This document shows, one piece after another, positions 28,885-39,178 of a stretch of 64,000 nucleotides of DNA. This stretch comes from an uncultured delta proteobacterium. GTDB lineage: Bacteria; Desulfobacterota; BSN033; UBA1163. The stretch is from contig CAWHBU010000001.1 of NCBI GenBank assembly GCA_963827685.1, positions 96,001 through 160,000 of the forward strand. The letters run 5' to 3'. The notes beneath the pieces are model-generated. The model saw only the letters and a program-made list of their open reading frames with translations. It had not been told where the DNA came from and did no database searches. How positions within the stretch are numbered: position 1 is the first letter of the stretch; each line of letters opens with the position of its first letter. A program made the translations under genes and the position numbers.

Positions 28885-29169
28885 TTAAGCTCCACCTGTG
28901 TTCACCATCTCTTTCAGTTCTTTTCCGACCTTAAAGAAAGGGAGTTTCTTCGGCGGGACATCCACGATCTCCCCGGTCTTCGGGTTTCGGCCTTTGTAGC
29001 CCCCGTAATTTCTCACCACAAAGCTTCCAAATCCTCTGATCTCGATTCGTTCTCCCTTCTCCAGACTTTCCTTCATCCCGTCGAAAAGGGTGTCGACAAT
29101 GACCTTGGCAACCTTCTGTGTCACATTCGCCTTCTCTGAGACCTTCGTAATCAGTTCAGCCTTGTTCAT
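28885..29169 (-). CDS. ihfB: Integration host factor beta / HU family protein
   Basis: MNKAELI, RIEIRGFGSF, GRNPKTG and PFFKVGKELK. Confidence 0.9.
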   Translation of the reverse strand: MNKAELITKVSEKANVTQKVAKVIVDTLFDGMKESLEKGERIEIRGFGSFVVRNYGGYKGRNPKTGEIVDVPPKKLPFFKVGKELKEMVNTGGA

Positions 29170-29184
29170 AGTTCCTCCCTTCCA

Positions 29185-29301
29185 TTAAACTAAGTGACTT
29201 CGAATATATTGCACCGCATTTCTAAAAAAGGCAAGACCCATTCCCTCTTCAGGCAACTCCTCTCGCGTCCAGCGAGGATGATTGGTTCGGTGAAGATAGG
29301 C
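29185..29301 (-). pseudogene. purQ: 3'-terminal remnant of phosphoribosylformylglycinamidine synthase subunit PurQ
   Basis: AYLHRTNHPRWTREELPEEGMGLAFFRNAVQYIR* resembles the tail following the MPHPE motif of PurQ, from recall. The upstream part, including MPHPE, is missing. Confidence 0.7.
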
Positions 29302-29414
29302 TGTGGTGCCATAACCCGTGATCACAATGGAGCGAGCCACTTTCTTTTTCAACCACTCTCCGTGATTCGTGACTCGCGTTGATGATTCGTAATTTTTCAA
29401 GAAATTGATAACTC

Positions 29415-30842
29415 TTAACTCCGAACTCCGAACTCGGAACTTTTTTTACGGACTCCATCCACCAGCTCACCAAAGGTCTTTTCAAAACCTACCCGGTTCT
29501 TGTTAGCCGAACCCGCCAAAACAATCTCTCCCCCGGGGCCCTTGGGAATTCTTACCCATACCCTTTGATGGGAAAAGAAGAAGGAGACAATGAGGCCGAA
29601 AATCATCAGTCCGCACCCGATCCAGACCACCCAGACTCCCGGGTCTTTTGTCACCGAAAGTCCGGTATATTCCCTGGGAGAATCCCCCTCAAAGGTGAGG
29701 ATGAACTCATCCTTCCTCTGCTCATCGAATTTTGGATAGGCTCTCAATAACCAAAAAGGTAGGGACTCCTGGTTGGGCTTGAACAAGACCACCTGAACTC
29801 CTTCCCCAAAGTTGTGGACTTGAGGAGCATATTGCAGAACCCGAATGAGATCATTGGAATTTGGGACTGGAACCGTGGTCCCTTCAGGAGCCTTAAAAGT
29901 TGCCCTCTCCTTTTTGTTCTTCCACTGAATGCCCAATGTGACATCGTGGACAGTTCCATAATTAGCCTGATAGAAAGCCAACCCTTTATAGTGAAGGGGA
30001 TGATTGACCTGGACGGCCTTCTTCAAAACCTCTTTCCCATTTTCGAGAATCGTGAGGACGCTCGTATATTCCTTTACATGTTTTTCTTTTCTTCCAGGAA
30101 GGTCATAATAGGTGATTTTGAAATCATCGCAATGCACAGAAAAACTGAGGGGTTTCGGGATCTCTCTATCTTTTATCCGCACATAAATCTGATCTGCCGT
30201 TTCCCCCTCTAAGATGTTGACAAAACCCTTGAAGCCAAACTGGGATCCAATCAATCCTCCGATCAGGATGATGAGAATGCTCAGATGGGTGCCATATACC
30301 CCTAATCTGGAAAATCTACCCTTCTCTGAAAAGAGAGTAACCACCTTTTCTGTCTCAATTCGTTTCGGGTTCCCAAACCACTTCTTCAGATGAGTTTGGA
30401 TAACCTCTTCTCCCTTGGCTTCGGCTTGGGTTGGAATTCGGATTCTCTCTACATAAGGAAGGGTCTTCAACATCGAATCCTCCAACCCGCTTGAACTGGA
30501 TTCATGGAGAATCTGTCGCCAGACACCGGGAAGGCGTTGAAGAGAGCAAACGATTAGATTGAGCGCCATCAGAGAAAGCATGGCCTTGAACCACCATGAA
30601 TGGAAGATGTCGAAGAGACCGAAGAAACTCAGCACCTCATAGAGCCTAACGCCGTACCACCGAATATAATCTGATCGAGGTGCATTCTGCGTGATCAGTG
30701 TGCTGCCAATAAAGGAAAAAATAGCAAGCAGAATGAAGAGAAAAATGGTCAGTTTAAGCGACCGAAAAAGGTCATAGATTATGGAAAGGACCCCACTCTC
30801 CTTCGCTTTAGCCGCGTCTTTGGATTCTTTCATAGTATTCAT
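29415..30842 (-). CDS. resB: Cytochrome c biogenesis protein ResB (system II)
   Basis: SLKLTI, DIFHSWWF, LIVCS, HLSILIILIG, VNHPLHYKG..FYQ and DPGVWVVWIG. Confidence 0.93.
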   Translation of the reverse strand: MNTMKESKDAAKAKESGVLSIIYDLFRSLKLTIFLFILLAIFSFIGSTLITQNAPRSDYIRWYGVRLYEVLSFFGLFDIFHSWWFKAMLSLMALNLIVCSLQRLPGVWRQILHESSSSGLEDSMLKTLPYVERIRIPTQAEAKGEEVIQTHLKKWFGNPKRIETEKVVTLFSEKGRFSRLGVYGTHLSILIILIGGLIGSQFGFKGFVNILEGETADQIYVRIKDREIPKPLSFSVHCDDFKITYYDLPGRKEKHVKEYTSVLTILENGKEVLKKAVQVNHPLHYKGLAFYQANYGTVHDVTLGIQWKNKKERATFKAPEGTTVPVPNSNDLIRVLQYAPQVHNFGEGVQVVLFKPNQESLPFWLLRAYPKFDEQRKDEFILTFEGDSPREYTGLSVTKDPGVWVVWIGCGLMIFGLIVSFFFSHQRVWVRIPKGPGGEIVLAGSANKNRVGFEKTFGELVDGVRKKSSEFGVRS

Positions 30843-31066
30843 TGAATAATATTTTATAAGATAGAGAAATTTCTACCCTGCCTGAAGTGGAATATAACAG
30901 GCAGCGAAGTATTTGAAATATTTAACATATCCTCTTGTTTGCTGTCAACCCTTCGATTTTCTTCCCCTTATAAAAGAAAAGGCAGAAATGACTCAGGGTT
31001 GACCCTGAGCGCGGCCTTCGTCTCCGCTTTGCAGAGCAAGATTTAGTCGCAGTTGAAGGGTCAAGC

Positions 31067-31102
31067 AAAAAGGGGTAATTCCTTTTTAGGAACTACCCCT
31101 TT
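31067..31102 (-). terminator. Rho-independent terminator after the cytochrome c3 gene
   Basis: Minus strand AAGGGGTAGTTCCT-AAAA-AGGAATTACCCCTT followed by TTT. Confidence 0.75.
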
Positions 31103-31130
31103 CTAATTTACTCTTGATGAAAACTTCAGT

Positions 31131-31499
31131 CTACTTCTTTTCCTTTACATGGCACTGAGTGCATCCTGTTGGGCCGGCAGGTTTGTTGGCCTTCTTCGCT
31201 TCCTCATGGCAGCCCTTGCAGTCCTTATGGGCGGCCTCTTTCATCGAAGGAGTCTTTCCTTCTGCCTTGGCCTTATGACAATCAACACACAATTTACCAG
31301 TGGTCTCGCCCTTCTTCCAGGTATGGTGGCATTTCATGCAATCGTACTTCAGGTCCACATGCTTCTTATGGGCAAATGTCACTTTTCCATAAGGAACATC
31401 GAACGTGATCACATCTTTTGCAGCAAAAGCCCCAGTGACCATCAGGATGGAGAGCAGGAAACCTGCCAGGATCCCTATGCTGATCAACCCTTTTTTCAT
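31131..31499 (-). CDS. Tetraheme cytochrome c3-family protein
   Basis: Signal peptide, VTFAHKKH and four CxxCH motifs (CMKCH, CVDCH, CKGCH, CTQCH). Confidence 0.93.
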   Translation of the reverse strand: MKKGLISIGILAGFLLSILMVTGAFAAKDVITFDVPYGKVTFAHKKHVDLKYDCMKCHHTWKKGETTGKLCVDCHKAKAEGKTPSMKEAAHKDCKGCHEEAKKANKPAGPTGCTQCHVKEKK

Positions 31500-31697
31500 T
31501 ATTGTCTCACCCCCTTTCCTTCAATATCTGTCTGCCTCTTAATCAACTTTTTAGACTAAAAAAGTCTATCAAATATTCATTCTTTGTCAAGAAAAAAAAG
31601 GGAAAAATTTGGGATCTCTGAAAATTTTTTTATCTTTGATAACTTGGCTTGGCCCTTGCCTGACAGATTGAATTCACCTATGTCTTTAAGATCAAAG

Positions 31698-31922
31698 TTA
31701 ACATCCCCTCTCAGTCGCGCACGAGGTGAAGATGATCTCCATCGCGTGTGCTCCGATTAATTCCGCTACCTGTGCCCGTGCCGTCTCGATCACCGTCTTC
31801 AGCTTTGAGCCAAACTTGTATGTACTTGATGGATTACCCCATTCAGAGGTCAGATACGGCATCATTGCTTCCAGTACCTCGGGCAGCACCGGAGTAGTCG
31901 CATTGTAATCTAGGTAAATCAT
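31698..31922 (-). pseudogene. N-terminal fragment of an IscS/NifS-type cysteine desulfurase
   Basis: [15 protein letters not shown] and [10 protein letters not shown], then an abrupt stop; only 74 aa. Confidence 0.88.
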
Positions 31923-32008
31923 AATACACTCACTACATGAAGAGGTTAAATCCCTCCCGACCTCCCTTTTCCAAAGGGAGAAAAAGGCTTGTGTTGCAAC
32001 CTGCGATA

Positions 32009-32851
32009 TTATAGGATCTCGATTTGCTCTAAGATTCGTTCTTTTGTTTTAAGCGGGGTATGATTCCGTTTGGCCTTTTCCACAATTTCCTTTCCCAACA
32101 AGGCAGCGCCAAGGGCTCCGGTGATCAAAGGCTCTTCGGGTACCAGAATCTCGCGGCCCAATTGTTCGGAAAGAGCTTTAAGCAAACCTCTATTTTTAGC
32201 CCCTCCACCTGTTACGACCACCGCCTCCTCCACCTTTAGACGGTTGACCATTCTACATATCCTGTCGGCAAGGGAATGATGAACCCCTGCAAGGAGGTCT
32301 GAAATGGGTATACCTTGTGCCAAACTGGCTGCCACCTCTTGCTGGGCCCATATGGTACAGATGTTGCTTATCTGTGCACGATTCTTGCCTTGCAGAGAAA
32401 GGTCACCGACTTTATCCAAAGGGACCCCGAGGGTATCGGCAATCACTTCTATGAATCGACCACTACCTGCCGCGCACTTGTCATTCATAACAAAATCAGT
32501 CGTCTTGCCCGTAGTGTCTATTTTGATTGCCTTGATATCCTGACCCCCGATATCGATGATAGTCTTGGCATTAGGAAAAAGACTGATGATACCCTTGCCG
32601 TGGCAGGTGATTTCCGTAAACTGTCTATCGGCAAAAGGGACATTAATTCTCCCGTAGCCCGTAGAGACAATGTAGGTGATCGCTTGGAAGGAAAGTGCAG
32701 CCCGACTGAGCGCCTCTTCCATGACCTTATTGGCTAACCGACGCTGCTCTGGGCCTGTAGACCCAATAATCGAAGCGATGATCCCTTCATTTAGGATCAC
32801 CGCCTTTGTCATCGTGGAACCAACGTCAATGCCTGCAAAATATGAGGTCAA
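32009..32851 (-). CDS. ATP-dependent activase subunit (BcrA/BzdQ/HgdC family)
   Basis: [40 protein letters not shown] and TGGGAKN. Confidence 0.92.
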   Translation of the reverse strand: MTSYFAGIDVGSTMTKAVILNEGIIASIIGSTGPEQRRLANKVMEEALSRAALSFQAITYIVSTGYGRINVPFADRQFTEITCHGKGIISLFPNAKTIIDIGGQDIKAIKIDTTGKTTDFVMNDKCAAGSGRFIEVIADTLGVPLDKVGDLSLQGKNRAQISNICTIWAQQEVAASLAQGIPISDLLAGVHHSLADRICRMVNRLKVEEAVVVTGGGAKNRGLLKALSEQLGREILVPEEPLITGALGAALLGKEIVEKAKRNHTPLKTKERILEQIEIL

Positions 32852-32946
32852 TGCAATCTTCCATAGGTTGAGGCTTAGGTTAAGGCTAAGGGGAAAAAAT
32901 TCATTTTAACCCTCAACCTAAACCTTAACCTCAACCTTCCTGACAA

Positions 32947-34350
32947 TTAGGCCGCCTTATTTAATCGATTGGATTCCAGGGTGGCGATGAAGGCGTCGAT
33001 CTTATTTCTTGTATCCACTTCCGAATACGATGTGATATCGATGATATCACTTTCAAGAATCAGGGAAGGAAGCTCTCTGTAAACCTTTTCCTTCTTTCCG
33101 GCTTTCCCTATCATATAGACTGGGATCGGTTTATATATTTCGGCCAGTTGGTGCAACTGCCAGATCAGGCCTACGTGCCAGGTTCGACACGAAAAGGCTT
33201 CATGCATAACAATTCCATCAATCTTGTACTCTTCGATCCAGTTGATTAAGCGTTCCACATCGGGCTCTGATCCCGGCCTTTTCTTGGCTTTGTCATACCA
33301 GAAGGTCCAATATCCGAGCCATCTCCATGCCAGATGCTCGATGGGATCTTTGGTTTCCGGGATATCCATCTCATTGAGAGGAGCGACCATTCGATAGGTT
33401 GTCTCCACAGGGAACGAGGCCCCCTTGCTGTTAAAGTAATTGAAATCGGTCAAGGCAAACCAGGCAGGTAATCCACCTCCCCACATAAGTCTATATTTTT
33501 CGTTTTCAACCTCTCCCTCACCCTTGGCGATCTTCTCCTCCAATTCTTTTTTCAGGCCCATGAAGAAATCATAAGCCTCCTGGGTGGCCATCATGTAGTT
33601 TAATGGTACCATGGTATTCATTGCATCACCGGTTCCCATGGGACAAGGCACAGCCTTTCGAAGGCTATAGGTTTCATCGATCAGGTTCCAGGTTCGATCG
33701 CTTAAACCAACCAGTTCTCTCAAACGATCGTAATCCATCTTCTTTTTGGTCTGCTCTTCAAGAAAGGCCACCAGTCCGCGCAATTGTTTGACGATATATG
33801 TGTGGTAGTAGCCCCAGACTTCTCTGTGATCCTGATTCCTCTGAAACAGGGGATAGGGAAGGTCTATATTGTAGATCGGGACATCCTGCATAAATTGCTG
33901 GGAGGCCTGATACCATTTCGACCTTGGATCACAGAGGATCTGTCCGCTGGATATCATCATATCAGGCCTTGCCTGTCCGCCCCAGGGGGCATCGGGTGGC
34001 ATTTGGCCCAATTCTTCTCTCCACTGATCAAACCCGATCCCGCAAAGGGCATAGGTGCACAGGGAGCGCGAAAGACCCAATGACTCTGCCCTCTGAAGAA
34101 ATCTTTCCGCATCCCTCTTTGCTCCGCATACACCAGCATATTGCTCTGTCCATATAGGGAGCACATCCATGGCCCGGAAGATCTCTTCATGATGGCAGAC
34201 GATAAAGGTATAGGCTATTTTTTGTTTTCCCTCTGCCCGTGCCTGGAGGGTTCTAGTAATAAATTCCCTTGCAATTCGGCTAATAGATGCAGCCGCCTGG
34301 GTTGCCGTCACCCTCTTTTTCGGTTTTGCCTCTCTTTGTTCCTCAGCCAT
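32947..34350 (-). CDS. Benzoyl-CoA reductase / 2-hydroxyacyl-CoA dehydratase subunit (BcrB/BzdO/HgdA family)
   Basis: LCTYA, ILCDPRSKWYQ, EKYRLMWGGGLP, YKIDGIV...SCR and LILESD. Confidence 0.88.
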   Translation of the reverse strand: MAEEQREAKPKKRVTATQAAASISRIAREFITRTLQARAEGKQKIAYTFIVCHHEEIFRAMDVLPIWTEQYAGVCGAKRDAERFLQRAESLGLSRSLCTYALCGIGFDQWREELGQMPPDAPWGGQARPDMMISSGQILCDPRSKWYQASQQFMQDVPIYNIDLPYPLFQRNQDHREVWGYYHTYIVKQLRGLVAFLEEQTKKKMDYDRLRELVGLSDRTWNLIDETYSLRKAVPCPMGTGDAMNTMVPLNYMMATQEAYDFFMGLKKELEEKIAKGEGEVENEKYRLMWGGGLPAWFALTDFNYFNSKGASFPVETTYRMVAPLNEMDIPETKDPIEHLAWRWLGYWTFWYDKAKKRPGSEPDVERLINWIEEYKIDGIVMHEAFSCRTWHVGLIWQLHQLAEIYKPIPVYMIGKAGKKEKVYRELPSLILESDIIDITSYSEVDTRNKIDAFIATLESNRLNKAA

Positions 34351-34380
34351 ACTCTAAACCCTCCTTGTTCAGAATCCATG

Positions 34381-35541
34381 CTAGCTGATCATCTCCAGAA
34401 AGGCCTGGATTCTGGTTCTGAGCTGACCAATTGTACCCGCAGAATAAATATCCTCCAGATGAAGAAGTGGAACATTAATAGACTTGTAGTAGGCTTTTCT
34501 TGCAGGGACTTCAAAGCCAAAGGGATCACAGTATTTGTAGACATAAAGAATGGCGCCATCCACCTTGAATTCCCTGGCATAGGCCCCGATATCACCAAAT
34601 CGAGAGGCGATATCCCCTTCAAAGGTACCCGCCTTGTTTTCCCTGTACGTCTTGGGGCAATTGATTTTATCGAGATACCGATGGGCCAGTGCATTGATTG
34701 GATCTCCTCCTTCATCGGTCCGTGGAAAATAATCCCTCGCTCCGTTGCAGATGGTATCGGCCACCACATTGCCCCCGAGTTCTTCTACGAGCTTGATGAG
34801 TTCAATATTATCGAGACAGGCACCGTCGATAAATATTCGAGGGCCTTCCTTAAGTGGAGATTTCTTTCTTTTCCCAATCTCCGCCAAAACCTGATCAACC
34901 AGAGTATTAGATTCGCCAATGGGTAAACCTGATCCGGCTGTTAACACCATCGTTAATTCTGTTCCAGAGATAAGTGGCGGATCTGCCTTTCTGAATTCAT
35001 AAAGGGCTCTCACCTTATCCCTGTTTTCATTATAGGTTCGAATGGTCTTACCCAGATCACCATCGGTGATTGCCTTTCCAGCAAACTTCTCCAGACTTTT
35101 CCTGAAGGTGTTTAGCTCCGCATGAAAGAATTCAGAGGACGATTCGTCGCAGACAGTAGGAATATTGATAAAGTGAAAATAGGAATAGGGAAGAGAATAA
35201 CTCCAGGCACTATAGCTTCGCACCATGCTATCACAGCCATGGGGAATGACCATACCAGAGAGAAAGTCATATTTTTGTTTCACCGAGAGGTCGAAGCAGC
35301 TACGGTAATAGGGGCATACAATGGTTTCAAGGAGTGTGTCTCCTTTCGTAATGGGCTCATGGATATTTCCTCTCACCCGAAAAGGGATACATCCGGCTGC
35401 TGTGATGATTTCCAAAGGGACAAAGGAACAGATATAGCCGATTATCTTTTTCCCTTTCTTTTTCAGCTCCTTCGCCCTCAGCCCGTAATCCTCATAATAT
35501 TTTTCTACCGTGTTTAAAGTGCTGCTCCGTCTTCCATTCAT
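34381..35541 (-). CDS. Benzoyl-CoA reductase / 2-hydroxyacyl-CoA dehydratase subunit (BcrC/BzdN/HgdB family)
   Basis: GYICSFVPLEII.AAG, VCPY, HGCD, KYCDP and GQLRTRIQAFLEMI. Confidence 0.9.
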   Translation of the reverse strand: MNGRRSSTLNTVEKYYEDYGLRAKELKKKGKKIIGYICSFVPLEIITAAGCIPFRVRGNIHEPITKGDTLLETIVCPYYRSCFDLSVKQKYDFLSGMVIPHGCDSMVRSYSAWSYSLPYSYFHFINIPTVCDESSSEFFHAELNTFRKSLEKFAGKAITDGDLGKTIRTYNENRDKVRALYEFRKADPPLISGTELTMVLTAGSGLPIGESNTLVDQVLAEIGKRKKSPLKEGPRIFIDGACLDNIELIKLVEELGGNVVADTICNGARDYFPRTDEGGDPINALAHRYLDKINCPKTYRENKAGTFEGDIASRFGDIGAYAREFKVDGAILYVYKYCDPFGFEVPARKAYYKSINVPLLHLEDIYSAGTIGQLRTRIQAFLEMIS

Positions 35542-35794
35542 CGACTTTCTCCTTTAAACTCTAACGTCCTTTCTAATGTAATATATACATGATAGAGATT
35601 TATGTTTCAATCTCATTGTCCTTAATTGTAATTCAGATATTTGACCATAGACTTCAGACGTCAGACTGAATTTTTTATCGCAAAACAGCAGTTGCGAGGT
35701 ATAGGCTGTAACTCCTAACGACTTATGACTTGCGCTCTCGCGAAATAGAAAAGCCTGGCGTCTAAAGTCTGAAGTCAGGCGTCTGAATCACAGA

Positions 35795-36571
35795 TTATCC
35801 TAAGCTTTCCATAGCGATAATCGCCGCACCTAACGCAGCCGTCATATGGGGATTTTGTGGTACAAGGATATCATGACCTCTGATTTCCTTTAAAGCCCGC
35901 ACAAGACCTACATCTCTTGCACCGCCACCCACCATGGCCACATCCTGTTCCACACCCATTCTCTCCGCCAAACTGTTGATCTGGGCGGCAAGAGCTCTGT
36001 GTATGCCTGCCAGAAGATCTTCCTTTGTGACTTCTTGAGAGAGTCGGGAGATCGCCTCTGACTCCGAAAAAACTGCACATCCGGTGTTAAACTCCACTCT
36101 CTTTTCAGATTTCAAAGACAACTCACCAATCTCTTCCACCTTGACCTGGAGAACCTTGGCAATGACTTGCAGGATTCTGCCGCTTCCTCCAGCGCATTTG
36201 CCGCTCAATAAAAAATTGGTCACACTTCCATTACCATCGATGCGGAGGACCTTCGTATAAAGATCTCCCACGTCAATGACGGTTTTCACAGAAGGGAGAA
36301 GAGAGGAAACGCCTTTTGCATGGCAGACGATATCCGGCTTGACTTCGTCTGCGAAGGCCACCAGTTTTGATCCATATCCGGTAGCGACAGCCCGGGAGAT
36401 ATCACCTGGTGATCTCCCTGTCTGGGAAAGTAATTCCTCTCTTATCCTCTCGGCCGTAAGCTTGAAATCACCCCCAGAAGGACACTCAAAAGAACCCAAG
36501 GGTCCTTGATTACCGAGGACGATCCCTTTTGATAAGGCTGACCCGATATCAATACCCAATACAAAAACCAT
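35795..36571 (-). CDS. ATP-dependent activase subunit (BcrD/BzdP family)
   Basis: GIDIGS, ATGYG, CHAKG, KCAGGSGR, CAVFSESE and GGGARD. ATG 36571 preferred as start. Confidence 0.9.
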   Translation of the reverse strand: MVFVLGIDIGSALSKGIVLGNQGPLGSFECPSGGDFKLTAERIREELLSQTGRSPGDISRAVATGYGSKLVAFADEVKPDIVCHAKGVSSLLPSVKTVIDVGDLYTKVLRIDGNGSVTNFLLSGKCAGGSGRILQVIAKVLQVKVEEIGELSLKSEKRVEFNTGCAVFSESEAISRLSQEVTKEDLLAGIHRALAAQINSLAERMGVEQDVAMVGGGARDVGLVRALKEIRGHDILVPQNPHMTAALGAAIIAMESLG

Positions 36572-36832
36572 CTTCCCTCTAACATTCGTTAAATTCGTTA
36601 TTGTTCGCGCCATTCGTTTACATAAATAACACAAATCCCAAACCCCCTCAAACTACCCTCAAAAAATCTGTCATTGCAAGGAGTCCCGCATGAACGGGAC
36701 GGCGAATCAATCTCAGGAAATGAATTGAGGAGGCGACTCAGTCGCGCTGACCTCTTGAATCATTGTTTGACATGTTCTACCAAAAAGTATAAATCTTCAT
36801 ATTAGCCATAACATTTCCGCAGATGGTTGTAC

Positions 36833-37941
36833 TAATACAAACGCATTAAGTAATGTTACATAGCCTACGAATCTTTTGACAAGACCATGAGCGAGTTGTT
36901 TTACAAACGACAGACCAAAGATTATCAAGGTTTTCAAACCAACGGTTGGTGGTGGATTCATAGCGAACACTGCGCCAAATCCGTTCTTGCACGTTTAATC
37001 CCGGTTGATACGGGGGTAAATATTCGATATGGAGCCTCGGATGTTTTTTAAGAAATTGTTCGATGGGATCGCCTCTGTGCCAGCGGGCCCTGTCGACATA
37101 AAGCCAAATGGTATATTCTTTAAACCTTCCATAGAGGTGGCGCAAAAGTTTGAGAAACCCTTCTCTATCCCCCCGTTTTGTCTGAATCATGCCATAGCGT
37201 CCAAGCAAAGGATTGACCCACCCAGAGATATTCAAACGGATACGATGCTGGCTGGTCGTGGGAATCTTAAGACGCTTTCCTTTTTTCGCCCAGCCCCGGC
37301 TAAGCCTGGGGTGCATCGTAAAGCCTGTCTCATCCTGGAATACAATTGTCTCTTTTGGCCCCAGGGACTCAAGTTTTTTTTAAAGCCCGCTGGAACTTTC
37401 GGGCTTCTTGGCTTTGTGCTTGAAGATAAGAATAACTCGCTCTCTTTAACCGATAACCCAAATGATGCATCCAGCGTTGGGCTTGCCGCACCTTCAGGTT
37501 TATCCCGAAAGACCGTTTCAGATGAATCGCAACCGTTGGCCCATCCCATTGAGTCCGGTTTAAACCAAATTCCCGCGGAGACTTCTCTAAGTGTCCCTCC
37601 AGCACCCTTTGAATCTTTGTCTCTAACCGTGGAGGCCTTCCCGATCTTGGCTTGGATTTTAAGAACTCTAAGCCGTCTTTGTTCACCCCGTGAATCCATC
37701 GGCTTAAACTCATCCGGGTCAACCCTAACACCTCGGTTATCCATCCCGGACGTTGCCCTTCAAGCACCAGGAGTAAGGCGGCTATCTTTATGCCTATCCA
37801 AGCCCCTGATATTTGTTCGGCTAATGCTAATAAACGCTCTTTATTGGCCTCTTTATGCTCTAAGATTAATGTGGGATTTTTCATGCCCACATATTAACAT
37901 AAATAAACTGTTATGTCACTTTATTTAGGACGTTTGTATTA
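36833..37941 (-). mobile_element. IS630-family insertion sequence, apparently intact
   Basis: Imperfect TIRs TAATACAAACGCATTAAGTAATGTTACATA / TATGTCACTTTATTTAGGACGTTTGTATTA with terminal TA; two-ORF transposase inside. Confidence 0.92.
36846..37890 (-). CDS. IS630 transposase in two frames (HTH ORF and DDE ORF) joined at an A8 run
   Basis: ORF A has GRPPRL and a winged HTH and ends RALKKT*. The +1 frame continues KKLESLGPKETIVFQDETGF...VDRARWH...LPPYQPGLNVQERIW. Confidence 0.9.
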
Positions 37942-37964
37942 ATATAAGAAACAATGTTAAACGC

Positions 37965-38537
37965 ATGGATGTGATTGAGAGATCATCGACATCTTTCCTC
38001 CTTCGGCAAAGTCCTTTTGGACGATTTGCTGTACTTTGGTCACTCCATGGAGGGCAACCTGAGATTTACCGAGTTTTACTTTCGAGGCCTGGCTTGTCGG
38101 CTGAACAAGCAGTCAGGGAAACACTTCCAAGGTTAAAATCATCGACTTGCATTGAAATCAACGAGGTCGCTGACCAGATTGAGTCTTTCCTGCACGGAGA
38201 GGACATCCGCTTTTCTCTGAAAAAGATCCGACTCGATCTTTGCTCGACATTCCAAAGGGAGGCATTACAAGCCGAACATGGAATACCGCGTGGATGGATA
38301 AGTACTTACCAACGAATTGCCGGGTATTTAGGCAGAGCATCAAGTGCCCGTGCAGTTGGTATGGCTTTGGCCCGGAATCCATTTCCCATCATAATCCCAT
38401 GTCACCGGGCCATACGTACTGACGGAACGCTTGGTGGGTATCAAGGCGGACTCGCGATGAAGCGGAAACTACTTGAAATGGAAGGCATCCGCATCGAGGA
38501 TTCCGGATACGTCATTACTCGGAATTACTTCTATTGA
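37965..38537 (+). CDS. ogt: Methylated-DNA--protein-cysteine methyltransferase
   Basis: TYQRIA, ARAVGMALARNP, PCHR active site and GGYQGG. Confidence 0.93.
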   Translation: MDVIERSSTSFLLRQSPFGRFAVLWSLHGGQPEIYRVLLSRPGLSAEQAVRETLPRLKSSTCIEINEVADQIESFLHGEDIRFSLKKIRLDLCSTFQREALQAEHGIPRGWISTYQRIAGYLGRASSARAVGMALARNPFPIIIPCHRAIRTDGTLGGYQGGLAMKRKLLEMEGIRIEDSGYVITRNYFY

Positions 38538-38570
38538 AGGATATAGGCGTTTAAGAGGCTGCAGCCGGCG

Positions 38571-38981
38571 GTGAGAGATATGGGAGACATTGAGGAGAAG
38601 GCGAAAATGGAGATCATCATAGGAAATCATTTGAAGATGCATCTGCCGTATCATCTCCGTGATCGGGCGTTGCGGTTTTACACTGAGATATTAGGTTGCA
38701 GGAAGCTCACTGTTCTACCCTATCCGAATGTAGACCTTTATGAGTTCCAAGGAGGATTCGTTCTGGGGCTGTTCTTTTGTGATGAGGTGGATACGCTATC
38801 TGAAAAGGAACAATTAAAGGCAACCTGGATGGAGATCAAGGCCGATAACCCGGACGCTCTCAAGCAACGCTTGATTGACTTTGGCGTCAAGGAAGTGGAA
38901 TTTGAAGACAAGTCGCGATTCTATTTTCAGGCCCCGGGAGGCCAGGTGTTCCGTGTGGCTCCAATGGAGGGGGGCCTGTAA
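38571..38981 (+). CDS. VOC/glyoxalase-superfamily protein
   Basis: RFYTEILG and RFYFQAPGGQVFR. Start uncertain (38580 or 38606 region possible). Confidence 0.75.
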   Translation: MRDMGDIEEKAKMEIIIGNHLKMHLPYHLRDRALRFYTEILGCRKLTVLPYPNVDLYEFQGGFVLGLFFCDEVDTLSEKEQLKATWMEIKADNPDALKQRLIDFGVKEVEFEDKSRFYFQAPGGQVFRVAPMEGGL

Positions 38982-39178
38982 GTTCTTACCAATTCGTTGA
39001 ATAAGGATGTTTCTCAGCTAATGGGTCAACACAGTTTTCTTGTCTTATTAGGGCCATCTTCGAAATTCGTTTTGCGAATTGGCGAGGTTTTTGGTATAAA
39101 AAAACCGAAGCTGACGGCTAACAGCATCGCTGGCTGCCCACAACTTGGCTCGGCGTAAGGTGACAAAGGAGGTCTACT

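Noticed and set aside
36806-37962. Integron attC site split by IS630 (CATAAC...GTTAAAC before ogt)
   Set aside because: The reconstructed site is about 50 bp with little internal pairing, no repeated attC was found between downstream genes, and there is no intI.
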